A stretch of DNA of 63,434 nucleotides, the filler included, from Octopus bimaculoides (Eukaryota): assembly GCF_001194135.2 (NCBI RefSeq). It is 5 parts of 4 records of this genome, joined end to end, with 100 filler letters (N's around TTAATTAATTAA, not from the genome) between each part and the next. Parts side by side here need not be neighbours in the genome. Positions count along the whole stretch, not along the records: positions 7,212 to 20,125 come from NC_068986.1; positions 20,226 to 31,384 come from NC_068986.1; 3 more parts are not named here. One strand, written 5' to 3'. Shown piece after piece: positions 12,053-25,583 of this stretch. Position numbers and translations under genes: made by a program. The notes below the pieces were generated by a model. The model was given only the letters and a program-made list of their open reading frames with translations. It did not search any database and had not been told where the DNA came from. Numbering within the stretch: position 1 is the first letter of the stretch; each line of letters begins with the position of its first letter.

Positions 12053-12724
12053 ATATATATACACTCCTGTATATATACACGCACATCCACACACATACAC
12101 ACACACGCACACACACCCACATACACACACACACACTTTTCACCAACACTACACACTCACACAGACTCGCATACAATCATACACACATGGGCATAAACAA
12201 CACACGCATATACAATAGCAAACGCACGCACACACACGTACACAGCAACGCACATACACACAACATACACATACACACAAACACACACGCACGCACAGAA
12301 AACATACACATACACACACGCGCACATACAAAATACACACACACACGTACACGTANNNNNNNNNNNNNNNNNNNNNNNNNNNNNNNNNNNNNNNNNNNNN
12401 NNNNNNNNNNNNNNNNNNNNNNNNNNNNNNNNNNNNNNNNNNNNNNNNNNNNNNNNNNNNNNNNNNNNNNNNNNNNNNNNNNNNNNNNNNNNNNNNNNNN
12501 NNNNNNNNNNNNNNNNNNNNNNNNNNNNNNNNNNNNNNNNNNNNNNNNNNNNNNNNNNNNNNNNNNNNNNNNNNNNNNNNNNNNNNNNNNNNNNNNNNNN
12601 NNNNNNNNNNNNNNNNNNNNNNNNNNNNNNNNNNNNNNNNNNNNNNNNNNNNNNNNNNNNNNNNNNNNNNNNNNNNNNNNNNNNNNNNNNNNNNNNNNNN
12701 NNNNNNNNNNNNNNNNNATACGCA

Positions 12725-12985
12725 CAGATATTCATCTACCTTTTTCACTCTCCTATCTTAGAAAGAACTTTTCCCCCACCACCTCCTCTTCCGGTCTTTT
12801 CATAATGTAACGTCGTGGGCATCGGTACCATTTTCCTCTTTCTCCGTTCTTCCATTCTCCGAACTTTCCATCTTTCCGACGAAGGGCCACGCCCGAAACG
12901 TCATACACTCTCTCTTTCCTTTCCTGAGCGTCCAATAATACTATCCATATCACGTCCTCACTTTGTTGTTTTTTTGTTTTTTTGT
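12725..12985 (+). mobile_element. Penelope-like element pseudo-LTR fragment with minimal hammerhead core at 12876-12902
   Basis: Pyrimidine-rich tract containing CCGACGA-AGGGC-CAC-GCCC-GAAA-CGTC, the hammerhead core with U4 mutated to C. Confidence 0.65.
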
Positions 12986-13000
12986 TATTGTTTTTTTTAA

Positions 13001-13060
<60 letters not shown>

Positions 13061-13556
13061 ATATATATAGATAGATACATATATACATACACACACATAT
13101 ATATACATACATGCATACGCACACATACGTACATACACCATACCTATGCCGAACACATGAAGAACACATGTAGTACAACATACACAACCACTCTATATTC
13201 GTTACACATATGCGACATATCACACTACACCCACAGACACACAAACATGCATGCAGACAAAGAGACGCATGCGCACAGATACACATGCATAAATACACAT
13301 TCATGCCCGAACAGATATCCAGCCCGTCATGTAGGCACGCACAAACACATACATGTTCTACATTAAACATGATGCCATGTAATATTGAGTTAATGGCGTT
13401 GGGATCAGCTCCAGCATCGCTTCGTTTATTAATAATTGTAGTTTTCCTACAATTTACCGTCTTAAAAATAATCAAAATCATATACGGTAATGTAGTCGAT
13501 GATATATAAAAAATATATGAGATGGTTTGTCATGGCAGGGTTGTCTTTGAGAGAGA

Positions 13557-13714
13557 GTGGCTGTGTAGTATGTAGTAAGAAGCTTGCTTCCCAACCTCAT
13601 GTTTCCAGGTTCAGTCTCACCCACTGCGTGGCACTCTGGACAAGTGTCTTCTGCCATAGCATCGGGTTTACCAAAACCTTGTGAGTAGATATGGCAGAAG
13701 GAAACTGAAAGAAT
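13557..13714 (+). mobile_element. SINE family A
   Basis: Consensus match. Confidence 0.85.
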
Positions 13715-14019
13715 CACACACAAATCTATACATATATGTGTGTTTGTGTGTGGGTATATGTATGTGTGTTTATCCCCACCACCGCCTAACAACCTGTGAT
13801 GGTGTGTTTACGTCCCCGTATTAGGCAAAAGAGCAAACGACATAAGTACCAGGTTCGATAAAAAAGAGAACTCGAGTCGATACATTCGGCAAAAAGTTCC
13901 TCAAGACGGTACCCCTGCATGTATATATGTATGTGTGTGCATATGTGTGTACGTTTGTGTGTGTATGTATGTATTTGTGTACGTATGTATGTATGTATGT
14001 ATGTATGTATGTATGTATG

Positions 14020-14860
14020 TATTACAACGTCTTTGTCCTCTCAGGTTGTTTCATGTATCACTCCCTACATGAATGAATATATGTATGCATGTATGTATGT
14101 CTGTATGTGTGTATATGTATGTATGTTTGTNNNNNNNNNNNNNNNNNNNNNNNNNNNNNNNNNNNNNNNNNNNNNNNNNNNNNNNNNNNNNNNNNNNNNN
14201 NNNNNNNNNNNNNNNNNNNNNNNNNNNNNNNNNNNNNNNNNNNNNNNNNNNNNNNNNNNNNNNNNNNNNNNNNNNNNNNNNNNNNNNNNNNNNNNNNNNN
14301 NNNNNNNNNNNNNNNNNNNNNNNNNNNNNNNNNNNNNNNNNNNNNNNNNNNNNNNNNNNNNNNNNNNNNNNNNNNNNNNNNNNNNNNNNNNNNNNNNNNN
14401 NNNNNNNNNNNNNNNNNNNNNNNNNNNNNNNNNNNNNNNNNNNNNNNNNNNNNNNNNNNNNNNNNNNNNNNNNNNNNNNNNNNNNNNNNNNNNNNNNGTA
14501 CGTATGTATATATGTATGTACGTATGTATATATGTATGTACGTATGTATATATGTATGCATGTGTGTGCAAGTATCTATGTATTACAATATTTCTGTCCT
14601 CACAGGTTCTTTCATGCATCACTCCTAACATGTATGTGTGTGTATGTATGTGTGTATGTGTGTATATGTATGTATATGTGTATGTATGTATATATGTACG
14701 TATGTATGTGTGTGTATGTATGTATTACAATATTTTTGTTCTCACAGCTGATTCATGTACCACTTCCCACATGTATATGTACGTATGTATGTCTGTGTGT
14801 ATGTATGTATTACAATATTTTTGTCCTCACAGGTGGTTCATGTCACTTCCCACATGTATG
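14020..14860 (+). repeat. Minisatellite: ~50 bp core (tattacaatatttttgtcctcacaggt..tcatg..cact.cc.acatg) interleaved with (TATG)n, 4 visible copies
   Basis: Core near 14020, 14580, 14722 and 14808, spanning an N gap. Confidence 0.8.
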
Positions 14861-15307
14861 TGTATGTATGTGTGTATGTGTGCGTATATGTGTACATATA
14901 GCTAATATGCGTGTATTGACTGCGAGACAGACAGCAATGTTTACATATTTCTGAGTGTTCAACAGTTTATATGAAACTGTTTACTACTTTGCATACATTT
15001 GCATTCATATGTAGAAAGTATTAGCATTCGTATGCATTTGTAAAACGTTTCTGTTTCAATTTCTCTATTTCTCTACATCTACCTACCAAATACAAATGTG
15101 CGTGTGTGACTGTGTTTGTGCGCGCGCGCGTCTGTTTGACTGTGTGTGTTTGTTCCCGTGTGTATATATCAAAGATATATTTATATATTTATGTATATAC
15201 GCACGCACACACTTTCTACCAGACAATTAGATATACGTATACATATAGTCTTTTACTTACGCTTGTTTCAGATACTTGCCCAAGGTCCCACGCACACAAG
15301 CACACAA

Positions 15308-15341
<34 letters not shown>

Positions 15342-15577
15342 GTATGTATGTATATATANNNNNNNNNNNNNNNNNNNNNNNNNNNNNNNNNNNNNNNNNN
15401 NNNNNNNNNNNNNNNNNNNNNNNNNNNNNNNNNNNNNNNNNNNNNNNNNNNNNNNNNNNNNNNNNNNNNNNNNNNNNNNNNNNNNNNNNNNNNNNNNNNN
15501 NNNNNNNNNNNNNNNNNNNNNNNNNNNNNNNNNNNNNNNNNNNNNNNNNNNNNNNNNNNNNNNNNNNNNNNNNNNNN

Positions 15578-15611
<34 letters not shown>

Positions 15612-15853
15612 TACTTGTCTCAGTTAATAGACTGCAGTCACGCTGAAGCATTGCCTTCCAGACCTTTTAGTTGAATGTATCGAACCCAGTGCTTATTAAT
15701 AAGGCCTGGTACTTATTTTATCGTTCTCTCTGCTGAACCGCTAATTCACGGGGACGAAAACACACAACTACCTGTTGTCAAGCCCTGGGTGGGGTGTACA
15801 ATGACAGACACAAATACACACACATAGATACATGTGTATGCGTGTGCGCGCGC

Positions 15854-15885
<32 letters not shown>

Positions 15886-15891
<6 letters not shown>

Positions 15892-16260
15892 TGGTAGATG
15901 AGTTCAGCAAAAATTTAGATTCAGGTGAATATGGTACTTAAGTTGAGGCACCAGCATTTAGTTCGTTATTATCCATACAATTTCAAAGTAAGGTGATTAA
16001 AATCAAAATAAGCAACAAGGATATCCAGAGGTAATGAAGTATGATCGTTTCATGCAACTCTATTTAATTGGACAATGTAATCATTACATCAATTTAAAAT
16101 GCAGTGCAATCTTCAGCTGCACAAAGATACAGAATTTAATTAAATTAGAACAGATGGACACGTTAGTATAATAATACCTAAAATCTCCAAGAAGTTAAGG
16201 AGACAGACAGAGAACATCTTGCTTTAGCCATTCATGGAACCTAATAAATAAAATGTCAAA
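15886..16260. mobile_element. Interspersed repeat, probable DNA transposon end
   Basis: Starts abruptly after (TA)n with AT-rich non-coding sequence resembling a repeat recalled from octopus genomes; unverified. Confidence 0.35.
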
Positions 16261-17112
16261 GGGGACTCTGCCTGTCACTGATTTTATTTGTTTTTGGTTT
16301 TCTTTTAGTATATATTTATAGACATATCAAACCTTGTATATCTAAAGCTTAAGAGAATAAAGGGCATTATCTGTTAGGGGTAGGGGTGAGAGAGCAGACA
16401 GAAATCATGGTTGGTATAGTCATAAGCTCATGAGGTTTGGTAAAAGAAAACGTAAAATAAGATGTTGGCTGACAACTAAGGGGGTCGCCCACTAGCAGAC
16501 CATTGATAATGAAACAGGAGAAGTTTTATCATGTAGTACTTTAGTTAAAAGTTTTAAGACAATCTTGCTATACTGTATACAAACAAAGTTTATGGCTATT
16601 CACGGGGTTATTAATAAGAATATATTAACAAAAGGATAGAAATTTATGGATACTTTTGAGTATATACCAAACTTATACCACAATAGACGAAGGAAAAGAA
16701 AAGAAAATTATTCTGAATTAGTTTATATTTATATATACAGCACACTTAAAAACTAACTCATCATATGGTATCTGTGAATATTGATTAATCGGTATATACT
16801 GATATTAATAAAGGAGTATTGAGTTAAAAGAACATTCTAATTATATATTTATAAAATTATATTCTAAGGAGTTTTTTTATTTATTTATGTAGTATATGTT
16901 AATATATTCTTATTGGGAAGCAAGTGTCTTACCACACAGCCACTCCAGCGCATATATATATACGTGTGTGTATGTGTATATATATGCATATTTATATATA
17001 CAGCACACTTAAAAACTAACTCATCATATGGTATCTGTGAATATTGATTAATCGGTATATACTGANNNNNNNNNNNNNNNNNNNNNNNNNNNNNNNNNNN
17101 NNNNNNNNNNTA

Positions 17113-17145
<33 letters not shown>

Positions 17146-17339
17146 ATATGTACAAACTTTATCGACTCTAGATAAAATCTTCTCAACAGCACTGGGACAG
17201 TACATACGCATAGGCGCCAAACTAAAAACCAACAACACTGAAAGTTTCAGGTAATATGGAGCTGAATATTTACAGTATAAAATTACTAGAAGACTGTTAA
17301 AGGTACTCTATGTGTGACCGGAAATGACTTTTTAATGCA

Positions 17340-18790
17340 GATGATTTAAAAATGCTTGATTTGATTTCGCTGTAAAAACAGATGGAAATTGTTGACAATT
17401 CATGTGTCTTGTCAACTCAGATTTACTCCTACAGATCTTAACGCAAACAAAGCAAGATAATTCACTATACTGTAGCTGTGAAAAATCAGTAAGAGGCCTA
17501 AATGAGTGATTCAGCTTATGACTAACTACACCAACTTGAGAGAGACAAATATACAGGAGGAGGATTATGGGCCACAAGCAAACCCTTTCTTGAATGCATT
17601 TTTCTGCTTGTTATTTTCTAACAAAGTAACACCATCTCGGATTTTACTCCTTCATTTTGGCCGCTCTATTGCATTACTCTCCCAGTTTGTATACATCGCA
17701 TTGAAACTCTTTAGAGAGCTACTTATTAAATATTTCAAACGCAATTTTTGTTTGCATTGAAACCTCTTTGCTCCTTTTATCTGACCATATAACAGTTGCT
17801 TGAGCATGTGTTGATAAGATTCCCTTATCAGAAGGCCAGTCCAGCAAAGTCTGTGTCGATGAATTTCAGATTCAATACCGTCTACACTAGCACACGCAGA
17901 ATCTGATACTTAGTGCACCCATTTGAATTTCACTACAGAGCGCAAACATCACTGATGAAATAGCTTTAATAATTTGAGGTGTTTCTTATATACTATCCAT
18001 GTTTGACATGAGTAAAGAAGAGATGAAAGCACCCAAGCACTGTATTCTGCAGCCTTTGTGTTTTTGGAAATGTCTCTATTAGACCAAACTCGCCCTTCAA
18101 GATTCTTGAAAGCCTAAGATACTTTTTGAAAACGATTCCTTATTTCATCTAAAGAACAAACACAATTCAGCACAGTTCTAAGATATGTAAATTTATCCAC
18201 ATCATTTAGTTTTGTGTTTTGAAGAAAAATATCAGGTCTATAATGAGTTAAAAGCTGGTTGAAACATAACAACGGTTTTATCTACAATTATTGTTAGCCC
18301 AAAGGCCATACAGGATTCATCAAGTTTAAGCATTAGGTGTTACATGTCCCTGATTGAATGATCAGCTCACAATCATCTGCATACAATAAATCTCTTATTA
18401 GAAAGCCAAACGTCTTTGTTTTTGCTGATAACTTCCCCAAATTAAATAATTTACCGGTGCTTCCTTAATGTATACATCTTCCCTGCGATCTGTGACTGCA
18501 TTTACAAGTACAGCTTGTTAAATCAACAAACTAAATCTAGATTTTGTTCCCAACATTTTTCTTGCACCTGATGTTCAGAAAAGATCATATCCATAGTACC
18601 CCTATTTGATCTAAAACCATGTTGTAATTCTGGGAGAAGATTGAGTTAAATTTTATTGTGTAATCGTGCAAGAACATCACTAAATACTTTGCCGGCAGAA
18701 GATATAAGAGTGTGATTCCTCTTGAATGTCTACATTTATCTGGTGCTCCTTTTCTGTTATAAATGGGGATTACAACACCGCCATAACAAA
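17340..18790 (-). pseudogene. RTE-clade (BovB/RTE-1-like) LINE reverse transcriptase relic with C-terminal C2H2-like knuckle
   Basis: Minus-strand peptides VIPIYNRKG..CRHSRGITLL, IFSEHQVQEKCWEQNLDL, GKLFNLGKLSAKTKTFGFLIRDLLYADDCE (YADD near 18375-18390) and CFVCVKICRSKSELTRHM; frameshifts, stops and an internal deletion. Confidence 0.92.
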
Positions 18791-18868
18791 CTCTTAGTAT
18801 TGTTCCAGATAGGCAGACAGACAGACAGACAGATAGACAAGCAGGCAGACAGACAGACACACAGACAC

Positions 18869-18920
<52 letters not shown>

Positions 18921-18941
18921 GTAGGTAGGTAGGTAGGTAGG

Positions 18942-18977
<36 letters not shown>

Positions 18978-19118
18978 CAGACACACGCACATTTAAGTAA
19001 ATCTAGTGGCCTTAATATCCAAACTGCTGATGACATCAGGTAGCCGAATACATTAAACAGGCTTCAAACGCCATGGTACAAGGTGCATTTCGAAATGTAA
19101 AATTACTCATACACACAT

Positions 19119-19164
<46 letters not shown>

Positions 19165-19819
19165 ACACATGCACACACACACAAACATGCATCAACTTAT
19201 ACAAAGGAGAAGGGATGCGACAGAGAAGCAGACAGAACGGACAGAAAGCAATGATACACACCTATCTAGTCGTACACTGAGAACGAGTATGTACTTCATA
19301 GAATGAAGTACATACTCATATAAAATACACAAACTATATCTCTTTAAACCCCTTGGTTACACACACAAATATGTTTCGGTTGATCGATCCATCGATTCAT
19401 TAATGCAGATATCACTCAATCTGTGTATGAATAACACATTTAAGTATAAATATGTATTTATAAATAAGCACCTATGGATAGATATGCGTAATTATATAAT
19501 TATGTGTATGTTTGTGTGTATATATATGTATATATACATATACATATACACACACACACACACATGTATATATATATACATGTATATATATATACATACA
19601 CACATACAGTTATATGTGTTTATACATATATACGTATAAATACCTTTTCTCTGATGATTAATTTATTCAACGCTAATTATTTTAATCTCTTCTTCATAAT
19701 ATGTTAATTAAATAATTAGGGAATAGATTTTTCGATACAGTGTAACTACACTTATTAATTTGTCCCACTTCTTATATTTCCTTGTGTGTGTGTGTATAAT
19801 ATATATATATATATTCTAT

Positions 19820-20125
19820 CTGTCTTCCTCCATCTTTCTATCTATACCTCCGTCCTGGCCTCTACTTCACTGCTATACCCTTCTGTCCCTTCCTCCTTGT
19901 TCCACTTCCTCCCTCCACCATCCTCTCTATCTATTTATCTATCTGTCTTCCTCTATCTTCCTATCTACCCTTCTGTCCTGGCCTCTACTTCACTGCTTCT
20001 GTCCCTTCCTCCTTGTTCCATTTCCTCCCTCCACCATCCTCTCTGCTCTCGTGTGACCTGCGGTCAGCTTTCTTTTCACTCCAGCCGCTGTGAAGGCAAG
20101 ACGAACTACTAGCGTTCTACCTCAG
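19820..20125 (+). repeat. Tandem duplication of a ~120 bp pyrimidine-rich unit plus flank, Penelope-pLTR-like
   Basis: Two copies of tatctgtcttcctc..ctggcctctacttcactgct..cttcctccttgttcca.ttcctccctccaccatcctct. Confidence 0.6.
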
Positions 20126-21293
20126 NNNNNNNNNNNNNNNNNNNNNNNNNNNNNNNNNNNNNNNNNNNNTTAATTAATTAANNNNNNNNNNNNNNNNNNN
20201 NNNNNNNNNNNNNNNNNNNNNNNNNATATATATATATATATAAATATATATATACATATTCATATAAAGTTGAAGTACAATAAAAACATATACGAGGCAT
20301 ACAGATAAATTTTCAATGTATTTCCCACCTTCTGCCACCTCATTTCAATCAATATCTTATCAAACTATATTATGTATGTATGTATGTATGTATGTATGTA
20401 TGTATGTATGTATGCATGTATGTATGTATGCATGTACGTATGCATGTACGAACATACATATGCATGGATGGATAAATGGATGAATGTATATGTACATACA
20501 CACACACATAAATATGTAAGTATATATATGTGTGTGTGTGTGTATGTGTGTATAATTTTCAATTAAGTACATTAACAAAAATCTTGTATTAGCATCGCAT
20601 TTCTTGCAAGTGTAGTGTTTCTTTATATATCATACGCACAGAAGTTCATAGGTTTAGACGATTATCTCTAAATCTTTGCTCTATAATTTCACCTTACATT
20701 TTCCGCTGATTTTCAACATAACAGTTCAGTGAAAAAGTCGTTGAAATTTCCTCTGGTTGGATCTCAACGGTTTACTGTTCTGCATTAAATAGTTCTTTCT
20801 CTATCTTGAATCTTGGAACAGTTGAAACCGTTATTTTACTTTTCGCTTAGCTTGCTTTGTTATACTACCTAACAGTTTCTTTGTAAAAGAAATTTAGTTG
20901 CTTCATAATGATTCTTAATTTATGCAACGAATCAAGACTGCGAATAGAGTGTCTGAAAAAAAATGTTTTTGTTATTTTTTTTTTTTTAGCTCTTTGTTCT
21001 AAGCATTTATGTTCTGTGTTCAAACCTCTCTGCAGCCAACTTTGCTTTTGATCCCTTCACGGTCGATACATTAAAACATTACTTAAGCGTTGACTTTGTT
21101 TGATATCGACTTATCACTGAAAATGTATAGCTTTGTGCATTAATCAGACACAACCATTTCGTGTATTGAATATTTAATATTTTTGTTTCTGAACTTTTTG
21201 ATTCGCAGATGACACAAAAACCTGACAGCACCCTGTATTCAATCATCTTTAGAGTTTAATTTGTATTCAAATTCCTTTTTCAAACACTTCTAG

Positions 21294-21356
21294 CAACCAT
21301 TGACAGGAATCTTAACATCCAGAGGGTAACACCACTTACAGTTGTTTCTCCTAAAG
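21294..21356 (+). CDS. Candidate 63-nt symmetric (phase 1-1) exon, xTIDRNLNIQRVTPLTVVSPK
   Basis: Pyrimidine tract ttcctttttcaaacacttctAG and donor AAAG|GTAAGA; only one frame is open. Confidence 0.4.
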
Positions 21357-23984
21357 GTAAGACGACGAAACAGATTCAGTTTTCTTTGTAAAAACTCTTA
21401 GTTCAGCGCTGAACAACAATGCCTCTCAGAAATACAGAAAATTTGCAATTTCATCTCTCAAAGTTTAAGACTTATGTGCTTAGGGAGAAACCAAACATTA
21501 GTACTAGGTAATATGATGAAAAAAGAGTAGAGCTTTGTGAAGGCTAAGTAAACGGCACGTTCCTGGTGGATACATTACATTATACATCATATATGCTGTA
21601 ATTCCGTTCCAAAATGCACAAACACGATAACACGCATATCTGTAACCAAATGCATTCTTAGCATGATAGCATGCTATTCACCTGTTAAATAAAGTGTCAA
21701 CGAGAGAAAGCTTACACGATCACTCGGCTAACGAAGAATAAATGCTAAATCTAATTTATATCACACAGAAAATATCGAGCTATAAACAACTTTTTTTTAC
21801 CTTCTAGCGTCATTAAAACAATTATCGTGTTCATAATTTGAGAAACTACATAAGGCGCGCGCGCTATGTGTTTGTGTGTGTTAGTGTGTGTGTATGTGTG
21901 TGTGTGTGTGTGTGGTCTTACAAGAAAGAGATTAATTAATTCGTGTCCAATACCAAAAAATCTGAAAATTTATAAAACAAGCAAATAGCACCCCACATAC
22001 AAATTTCTGTGTACATCACAGTTTGATAATTAATATATTGCATTGGGTCCAGTTATTCTTGGAGAGGGCACAAGTTATTTATAGCGACTTCATTATTTGA
22101 CTGTTACAAAACTGACTTCGGTAGATTTAATCTCCGAATGTAAAGAGTCGAAACAAATACCGCAAAGCGTTTCCCCTATTCTTTAACGACTCTGCCAGCT
22201 CACCGCCTATTTCAAGATATTAGTTTCACATTTTGGCAGAAGGCCAGGAAGAGATAATTCGTTTATATCGACCCCACTGTTCAACGAGTAGATATTTTAT
22301 AGAGCTCGAAAGGGATAAAAGGCAAAGTCGACCTCGCCAGAATTTGATCTCAGAACCTAAAGACAAGCGGAATGCCGTTAAGCATTTTTACTCGGCGTGA
22401 TAACGGTTCTGACAGCTCGCAGCCTTAGCCTACTTTAGCATATTAAATGATTCTACAGAATATAGTCATTCCCAAATCGCGAAAGACAACGAAGTAACCA
22501 TATATAAGTACTTGATTTAAGTTTTAGATAGGAAATATCAAAATTATGTCTACTAATGTCTCTGCGGGTGAGTTGTATGTGTGTGTGTGAAATTTATAAT
22601 TAGAAATACGCAGATATGGCATGGAAATATTTCGATAACTTCCACAGCAAAATTCCTTTTCATACAATTTAAATTGACTTACAAATGCTTGTTTTTCACT
22701 GTTCAAGTGTTTCATACTCAGTTCAACTTGGTATGTTGACATCTCTGACGCTATGCGCTTTACTTGTCCAATATTGCGATAAGTAACTTCGATCAGATAT
22801 TGATTGGAAACAATATTGATTTCCAACATGGTAGAGGGCCATAGAGCGTGGAGAGAGTATAATGAACACCGTCGATCCCAGTAAAGAGTTTGCGATTCGT
22901 GTATCGACTTGGAAATTTTGAAAACATCTGCATTGAAACTCTGGACACAGAGAGAGGAAAATATTCAGGCTTTCCGTATTGCACTCTGCTGAAGTTTAAT
23001 AATGTTCAAAATCCACGTCTCTTTCTATTTCTGTTTTTCGGGGATGGGGGTATAGTCATTAAACGGACCCAGAACCATGGCGGGTATTTTATTGTGACGG
23101 TCTTTTACAATTCTTATTTCTAGAGGTAGAAGGCCTCAAATTTTATGGGAGGGTGCACATCACATACATACACTCTAGTATTCGATTGGTACTTATTTTA
23201 TTGTTCCCAAAAGGATTAAAGGCTGTCTACCTTAACAGAATTTTGGCGCATAACGTAAAGAGCTGGAAAAGTTGTTCAACATAACAGTAACGCTTCTGCC
23301 GGTTCGCTTCCCACATAAATTAACATTATAATAGCTATTAGTTTTGGAGTTCTAAAACGAATGGCAGGGCTCATGACAATTTCTAGGGTTTAACACTATT
23401 GGGGAGAATTTATAGTCAGATACGAAGACCTAATCGATTGGTCCCTCTCCCCTAAAATTTCGGGCCTTGTGCCATGAGTAGAAAAGAATATTTGTAAACA
23501 ATGTGTCATGGCTCCGGTAATTTTATTTCATGCAAATAAATCTAATGCAGTTGTAATTTTTAGCACACCTTACAGCCACGAGTGTTTAATGCAAATGCGA
23601 TAAACAACACGTTACATGCAATAAACACATTACAATTTTAAAGGGAAAGAGGTAGAAGATGAAAGTTCTCCGATAATTTTCTTTCGTATAGATAAATATT
23701 TATGTTAATTTAAAGGAGTAAAACGGTTAAATTTAAATCTCTGAGCGAGAAGTTGGCAAATTAACATTAATTTAAAAGATTTATCGAAAAATAGTTATTT
23801 AGCTGTTATTTTTAATACACCTCACAGCAATCGTAATGCTCAATGACAGAAAGAAACAACCATTAACTTAGACAGAGAAGTTGCTGTCAGTCAGTCAGTA
23901 GAGAGGGAAAGAGTAAAGAATGCACGGTGCTGACTAGAAAGGAAGAAAGGGTAAAGGTGTCTCTGCTCTGATTAACTATATGCA

Positions 23985-24225
23985 AATGAGTTCATTACTG
24001 TGGTCTGGAACTCTCGTGGGAACAAAATTAACGTCTAGGAAAGGTTGTTTATGAAAGACCAGCAGATGCCTATGCAAACCAGACTCCTCTCTCCACGCCA
24101 CTGATGTTATCCAAGGGAAAAGCCGATAAAACTTGGCACCAGTGACGTCGCAACTCATTTCAACAGCTGAATAGACTGGAGCAACGTGAAATAGAGCGTC
24201 TTGCTCAAGAACACAACACACATTC
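23985..24225 (-). mobile_element. tRNA-derived SINE family C2 (same as 53785-54115)
   Basis: Shared core ttcacgttgctccagt..tcagctgt.gaaatgagttgcgacgtcactggtgccaag. Confidence 0.85.
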
Positions 24226-25193
24226 CACCTACCTTAAATTCAGATACGTATATATTCTGCCCTTATTGAAAACCTTATGACGAATTATTTTATAGCAAAA
24301 AAGCTTCTGGCCAACTGCACACTATTCTATGAAATTTAATTTTTAGCAATTGTAAGAATGCATCTTTTTCTATCCGCGACTGAAGATACAATTGTTAGTG
24401 TCTCATTATTATAATGACCTATTAAGTAATAGCAAATATTCATTAAAAAATTCATCTTACCAATGACTCAAATTCTCCAAGGTCCAAGAATTGTCATTCC
24501 AAAATCTAGTGGTATCATCTAGTTTAGAGTTTAAACGTCATAGCAAACATCACCAAAGAATTTTAAATTTTACTTATAAATTCACATCACATCAAGCCAT
24601 AGATTTTTAGCTAAGGTAAAGTGATTTAGACACTCTTCCATTAATATTTTCGCTTACTTCATCAACCACTTAACTGCAATAAGGCTTTCCAACAACACTG
24701 TAGCAACACCTACTTGTTATCACTCAGACCACTTACCGCTAATTGCGATTTGAAATCATTAGTTTATCATGTTATGGTACAAACATGCCAGTAACACAAC
24801 TCTATTTAAATTTTATACCGGATTGACTAAAATCAAATTGCAGCTTCTCTTTCACAACTACATAAACTCCATTAAGCATCCAGAAAAATGGTTTTCGAAC
24901 CATTGTTGAAACAAAATGAAATTTTTTCTACAGGAAATAATATTTTCCTACAATTAAGACTATTAAGAGTTTAATCGTTCTAACCTACATTTCAAGTTGT
25001 GCCTGATTCAAAAGCATTAAACAAAAGATCAGTAAAATATGTTGTGATCACACACGCAAATATATATGTGTGTTATATATATAAATATATGTATATATAT
25101 GTATGTATGCAAGTATATAAACATAAGTGCGTGTGCGAGCACATTTCTACATATACATGTATGTATGTATGTATGTATGTATGAGGATATTCA

Positions 25194-25242
<49 letters not shown>

Positions 25243-25281
25243 TCAAACAACTGACAAGCAAATGTGAGGTATTGAGCAGAT

Positions 25282-25512
25282 TATTTTATGCCTTGTCGAT
25301 TAGCCTGGATTGTTCTGTTGGTGTTGACTGGAAAATGCCAAAGGATAATGATATTTTTACCTTCAACGACTAGCTCTGTATGATGTTCATACCAGTAAGC
25401 AGGAGTTTTGATTTTGTAGTATTTTCCAATGTAAATACTGTCATACCCTATCGTGGCAATATTTGTACTCGTTTGAAATCAGCACAAGACATCCCGAGAC
25501 GAGATGGTCTAT
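25282..25512 (-). pseudogene. R4/Dong-type (RLE) non-LTR retrotransposon fragment
   Basis: Minus peptides IDHLVSGCLVLISNEYKYCHDRV*QYLHWKI and YWYEHHTELVVEGKNIIILWHFPVNTNRTIQANR, the region after the CCHC knuckle leading into the RLE domain. Confidence 0.88.
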
Positions 25513-25517
25513 TATTA

Positions 25518-25583
<66 letters not shown>

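Noticed and set aside
16725-17065. Exact ~80 bp duplication (16725-16810 and 16985-17065)
   Set aside because: The second copy runs into an N gap, so it is likely an assembly overlap
20083-20125. Strong acceptor followed by AVKARRTTSVLPQ
   Set aside because: It sits in a duplicated pyrimidine-rich Penelope-like repeat, and the donor is hidden in a gap
22600-23000. Several 60-100 aa ORFs on both strands in unique sequence
   Set aside because: No recognisable motif or consistent splice boundaries; within chance expectation
24860-24915. FQQWFENHF peptide resembling pogo/Tigger transposase
   Set aside because: Nine residues only; the flanking DDE motifs were not recovered
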